Shown here in pieces: positions 39,803 to 44,687 of a stretch of 44,687 bases of DNA. Position 1 is the stretch's first letter. Every line of letters starts with the position of its first letter. The DNA is taken from the IMG/VR virus record IMGVR_UViG_3300040771_000271, positions 85,236-129,922 of that record. One strand, written 5' to 3'. A program made the translations under genes and the position numbers. The stretch comes from a virus. The notes below the pieces were generated by a model. That model was not told the origin of the DNA. It worked only from the letters and a program-made list of their open reading frames with translations, and did not search any database.

Positions 39803-40106
39803 ATTTTTAGTTTTTAAGAATAGTATATTTGTAATTCTTTTGGGTTGTCTATTGATATTTGCATACATTCAAAGATATAGCTTTGATTAACTTTGCTGTC
39901 AATATCATAATATAAATCTGCTATAGTAGTTGCTCCTGCATCATCTTTAAAGAATTTAAACCATAAACCTTTTAATGTTTTAGGATTTTTTCTTATCTCT
40001 TTGTCAATTTCTGTTAGTGCAAAGATTAACTCTCTCTTTTCTATTTTTTCCGCCAAAAAAGATTGAAATAAATCTACAACTGTTGAACGGTATTTTTTAT
40101 AATTTC

Positions 40107-40520
40107 TCATCTGTATAAATATGTATTACCATTATAAACAACCTCTGAATAATCTTGTCTCATATCGTATACAACGCCCTCCCAATTAATATTATTTCTA
40201 ATTAAAGAGGGAACATCTTTTAAACCATAACAGTCTTCAACAAATTCCTCACAATAATCTTCAAACTCATCTTCCTCAATCAAAGTTACTCCATACTCCC
40301 ATTCTGAACCAATTTCATATTCTAATTTTTCAATATCTGTAATGGTTACTATCTCATCTAACCACTCTTCTTTCCAACTCTCAATTTCTTCCTCTTCAAA
40401 ACGAATATCTTCAAAGTTATCAGTCATATCTTCATATTGTGGAAACTCTTGTAAAAAACTATCTAAAATCTGTTGTTCTAAATCTTCTCTTTCTGTTTGT
40501 AATTCTCTAGTATCTAACAT
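40107..40520 (-). CDS. Highly acidic protein, antirestriction (ArdA-like C-terminus) candidate
   Basis: Very D/E-rich; F.DY.EE..ED......P....NINWE....D...DY.......Y.YR pattern. Confidence 0.5.
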   Translation of the reverse strand: MLDTRELQTEREDLEQQILDSFLQEFPQYEDMTDNFEDIRFEEEEIESWKEEWLDEIVTITDIEKLEYEIGSEWEYGVTLIEEDEFEDYCEEFVEDCYGLKDVPSLIRNNINWEGVVYDMRQDYSEVVYNGNTYLYR

Positions 40521-41043
40521 AGTATTATTTTTTAAGTGTTATAATTTATTTCTTGTACAAATATACAACTAATTATTGAATAAAAAAATTATTTAAGAGT
40601 ATTTTTTAATTATTTTTTCGTGCATTTGAGAAACTGTTAAACCTATAAACGATACACTCTTACTTTTACCGTTCTTGCCTCCTAAACATTCTCTAATATC
40701 TAAGCGTATTCTATCACCTTTATTTAAAACACTTAAATTAAAGCTATCTATATAGTTTGATAGGTTGTCAATTACTTCTTTGTGTGTTGTATCTTTAAAG
40801 TTAATGTATTGTGTTTTTTCGTTTGCTTTACTTATTGATACTCTAATAAGTTTTAGAGGTTCGGGATTATATATTTTCATAGTTTTAAATACCTATTTAA
40901 ATCTCTTAAATTTCTATCTGATAACTTTTCTACAAATTTTGTATTGCTGTAATTAGTGACTACAAAGTAAGTGCCTTCATTTTTATTAAAGTGTTCAAAT
41001 ACTTTAATATTATTTTTCTTTGACTGTTTTATTAGTTTCATAA

Positions 41044-41643
41044 TTAAAATTGTTTACCATTACTTAAAAATTCATATTCATTAGCTAAAATATCTTCTAT
41101 TATAGCTTCATCTGTAAATCTATAATTAATTTCTGATTCTATTCTTTTTAAAACACTTTGAATATGATTATCAAATTTTAGTTTAGAAAAAGCTAAAACT
41201 GTTTCTTCCTCATTTGTAAAACAATCAAAATCCTCGTCACAAGTAAATTCAATGGTTGTATCTGCATTTATATAATTAGGCGTGTAAATTTCAAAATTAA
41301 TTTTTTGTAAAAGAAATTCATCTATAATACCTAACCACTTGTAAAAATAATCACAGTGTTCAACTTTTAATGCTTCGGCACAATCTAAAAAACTACTCCT
41401 ATCTGTATCAAAGTATATTTTTTTTCTATTATTAGAAATGATAAAATCATTTCCTTTAAAATCTATTAAATCTAATTCCGTTTGTATTGGTTCAAATAAG
41501 GCGCAATCGTCAACTGCCCAACTTGCAAAATCATTATATTCGTAATAATCTTGTCTTACTCTTTCAATTGCAACTTGTTTTGCTTCCTCGTTCAACTCTT
41601 CAAACTTGTAAACCTTTGTTCTAATTGTTCTCATATTTGGCAC
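41044..41643 (-). CDS. Conserved acidic phage early protein
   Basis: VYKFEEL.EEAK..AIE...DEAI.E.I.ANEYEF..NG signature. Confidence 0.65.
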   Translation of the reverse strand: MPNMRTIRTKVYKFEELNEEAKQVAIERVRQDYYEYNDFASWAVDDCALFEPIQTELDLIDFKGNDFIISNNRKKIYFDTDRSSFLDCAEALKVEHCDYFYKWLGIIDEFLLQKINFEIYTPNYINADTTIEFTCDEDFDCFTNEEETVLAFSKLKFDNHIQSVLKRIESEINYRFTDEAIIEDILANEYEFLSNGKQF

Positions 41644-42533
41644 GTCTTTTTTAAAGATAAAAGCGTCTAAATCTATTAGTTATTATTATAATTTAAATTT
41701 CGGCATAAAAAACTGAAAATAAAAATAGGATATTAAAAATTAATTATTTATAAACCTCCATTAAATATTCCTATTAACGCAAACTCTTCGGGACTTACTT
41801 GAATAATTACGTTATCTCTAGTAAATTCACTTGAAGATATATTTAAAGATGGTAAATAATTACGAATTGATTGAACTACTTCGGGTTGTTTTGCATTAAA
41901 CACTCCTTTTAGTGTTTCTAAATCTCTTAATAAAGTTTCTTTCTGTAAATATAGTGTAATTGTCATAGTTATTTGTTTTATTTGTTAATCAAAGATAGTG
42001 TTTTTTGTCTGTTTATACAAACTTTTTTAGTTAAATTTCCGCAAAAGAAAATTAAAAACAGTTATTTCATATCCTCCATAACCATTAACAAACTATCCTC
42101 TAAAGATAAGTACTTAAGTTCAGTGATTTTAAAGTAAAAATCAAAGGGTGCTTTCAAATAAGCTAAGTTATTAATTAAAGTATTTTTACTTCCAAAACAT
42201 CCTCCATTTAAACTAAACCTTTCTCTATTGGCTTGCTTACCACTTGGAAACTTATGCAAGGGAAATTTGCTTTCAAGTAGCTCTAATTGTTTATTTCCAT
42301 CCAATACAGCCCCATCAAAAGTATCATAAACTCCTATAGTTACTGTTCTAGTTTTATAATCGTCTGTTCTTTTATTAGTATATCTAAATTCTATTGTTAA
42401 TAGTTGCTTTGTTTGCATAACTGTTAATTTATGTTAATAATATTTTTATAACGAAACGCCCTCGATTCAGTAATATGGTTTAAGGCTTATTAAGCCCTTT
42501 ATTTACAGTACTTAGTGGTGTCCACCTTATAAA

Positions 42534-42549
42534 GGTTCCACGTGGAACA
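42534..42549. promoter_or_regulatory. parS-like site
   Basis: GGTTCCACGTGGAACA, 15/16 match to TGTTCCACGTGGAACA, with a perfect 14-bp palindrome; intergenic. Confidence 0.7.
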
Positions 42550-43364
42550 CTCATTTTTAAACGTTATCCCAATTAATTTTGTACCTAAAACAATTGATAA
42601 TCAGGGTTTTAGTACCTTTTCGAGGTTGTTTTAGCATACTACTGAAGACTGCTTTTACTTTACCATCTTTATATCTTAGTATAGTTTGTATGTTGTAAGG
42701 ACTCTTTCTTTCTCTAGTTGCGTATAGGGTAATTAGTTCCATTTTTCTTCTGTTTTTTATTGTTTTGCGGATTTTTGTGATTTGTTTTGTTAATCAATAC
42801 ATATCATTTGTCCCTTTAAAGTTGTTTTTACCCCCTCTATTACTCTTTAATAGTATTATTTGAGGGTTATAAATTAAAAACTTGTCAGTTTCCCACCATT
42901 TTAACTCCTTGTTTCTATAAATTGTACTCACACTTTTACCTATATAAGAGGAAACGGCTATTTTTTCTTTGATTATTGCACTTTCTTGTGTTGCTTTGTT
43001 TATGATTATATACATTTTTGACTTGTTTTGATTACCAATAAAAAGCAAAGATAATAATTTTTATTGGTTATTCCTATTCTTTTCTATAAAATTTTGCCTT
43101 ATATGTGTGGCTAAAATTCCGTAGTTATCTAGAGCAAATTGTTTGGCTTCCGTTTCTGTTACTCTTTTGTTAAGTATGTTTGAAACGGTTGTTATTAGAT
43201 TATTCCCTTTTATTTTTTTCTTTTGCGCCAATTCTTCATTTAATGCTTTACCCTCACTAATAACTATAACTGCTTCATTAAACGTTAAACCGTTGTTCAG
43301 TGAAAACTTACCAACTGTTAAATAGTTGTTCACGTAGTCTAAGTACAAATTAACCTTTTCTTTA

Positions 43365-43778
43365 TTAGTCATTTTCTTTATAGTTTATAAGTTCATAAAT
43401 AATTGTTTCAAGAGCGAACCAAGCCAAAGCATTTGTTATACTACTTTGTTCCACCTTCGCACCGCCTAAAAACTTATACAATTCTTTTAAGTCTTCCTTA
43501 TCTAGTTCTAAACATTGAAACTCCTTTACAAAGTCTATTACATTTTCGCCTAAACTATCTGAATACTCTTCTAACAGTTTTACAATTTCCTTTCTGTTTT
43601 TTATTGCGAATTTATGCGTATCAACATAATAAATAAAACCACTCACTCCTCCACTTGCATCCCGATAATCATTTGCATACTGTAACAACTCTTTAAATGG
43701 TAGCCCTATTTGGTTTATAACTGCATTGGCTAATTTTTGACTGCTTACTTCTTTTAAAAATTCTCTTTTACTCTTCAT
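43365..43778 (-). CDS. Conserved phage early hypothetical protein
   Basis: GGVSGFIYY.DT..F...NALAWFALE motif. Confidence 0.65.
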   Translation of the reverse strand: MKSKREFLKEVSSQKLANAVINQIGLPFKELLQYANDYRDASGGVSGFIYYVDTHKFAIKNRKEIVKLLEEYSDSLGENVIDFVKEFQCLELDKEDLKELYKFLGGAKVEQSSITNALAWFALETIIYELINYKEND

Positions 43779-44584
43779 AATACTATTTTTTAGTTTTTAT
43801 TGTCTTTTTATTTGTCCAGCAATTCTACCAAGTTCCGTTAATTCTCTATAAATTTTATTTAATATCTTTGTCATAACTTTTAGTTTTCTAGTTCAGACTC
43901 ACAAATTAATACTATTTTACCGCTTGAAAGTTTAACCCGTAACAAGTCAGTAAATACCGTTTGTTCGTTAACTATCTTTGTATTGTTTGAAGCGTTTTTA
44001 AATACCTTTAAAATTTCGCATTGCATACCGTTGTTTAACATTTTCATAATATTATATTTGATTTGTTAGTGTTAAAAGTAAGTTGAAAAATGTAAGTGAG
44101 AAGACAATAATTAAAACTATTCCAAACTTCACTATAAATTGTTTCTCAGTTTTTTGCGCCAAAAAAGAAACTACAACAAATAAAACTGCTATAAAAATAA
44201 GAAGGTAAACGCTATTAAGTATCATAATATTATTATTTAAAGGTTAAAATTTTCTTTTTTAATTTTGCGCCAAAAAAGAATAAAAAGCAAAGGTTAGTTA
44301 TTCCCAACCACCAACTAAATACTTACCATCAACAAAAGTTGGTTCATATTCTTTATGATCTTCTAACATATCAGAAGTCTCAAAAAATCCGCTATATGAA
44401 GCCAATTTCAATTTATGGCATACGCATATTACTTCGGCTTCATCGCCTTTAAAAGGATGTTCGTAAAATACAATCTCTTGCCCTAAACTGTTTAAAAATC
44501 TTTCGTATTCCGTAGGGTCGTTATCCATTAATTTTTGGTAGTTAAGCATAATATAAGTGTTTAAATGGTTGTTGTTATTTGTTG

Positions 44585-44625
44585 GGTCAAAGATACAACA
44601 ACACTAGAGTAAAACAATACAAAAA
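44585..44625 (-). promoter_or_regulatory. Bacteroidota-type promoter at the right end of the early gene run
   Basis: Minus strand TTTTTGTATTG...GTATCTTTGAC (TAnnTTTG). Similar elements at ~1130, 5707, 17721, 21478, 28605, 30578, 32561, 40558, 41990 and 43046. Confidence 0.6.
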
Positions 44626-44687
44626 AGGTAACTATTTTCAATAAATATTAAGAAGTCAACAAAATCAAGGCTTAACAGAGTTAGTAA

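Noticed and set aside
2548-43636. All plus-strand ORFs in the track, and nested minus-strand ORFs 10146-10391 and 26526-26729
   Set aside because: They are shadows of longer minus-strand genes or of structured elements, with low-complexity translations and no plus-strand promoters seen.
1-44687. Alternative genetic code (stop codon reassignment)
   Set aside because: Long conserved genes are intact under the standard code, and TAA, TAG and TGA all terminate genes.

Overview
AT-rich segment of a large, apparently lytic dsDNA tailed phage. The host is most likely Bacteroidota (Flavobacterium-like), inferred from many TTG-N~19-21-TAnnTTTG promoters, A-rich starts without Shine-Dalgarno, a DUF4494-like gene and a Flavobacterium-type RNR. 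Essentially all real genes are on the minus strand. Reading right to left: (i) an early/host-takeover region of small, often acidic ORFs (~35-44.6 kb); (ii) an integron-like gene-cassette array (33.1-35.0 kb); (iii) nucleases and a cluster of structured intergenic RNAs around an HNH gene (27.3-32.3 kb); (iv) nucleotide metabolism and RNA repair (nrdB, nrdA, RNA ligase, phosphoesterase, kinase, thyA, MazG-like); (v) replication (C5 methyltransferase, DnaB-like helicase, family A polymerase, BT4734-like primase); (vi) homing endonucleases and a T5 A1-like protein. No structural genes, tRNAs, CRISPR array or integrase were seen. The most striking feature is a phage-borne array of four cassettes separated by attC-like hairpins. 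Each cassette's two ends are complementary, the genes run opposite to the canonical integron orientation, and no integrase is present in the window. Other notable signals are a dispersed strand-polar DNA motif, a near-perfect parS site and several candidate ncRNAs. All functional calls come from motif recognition by eye; no database searches were run.
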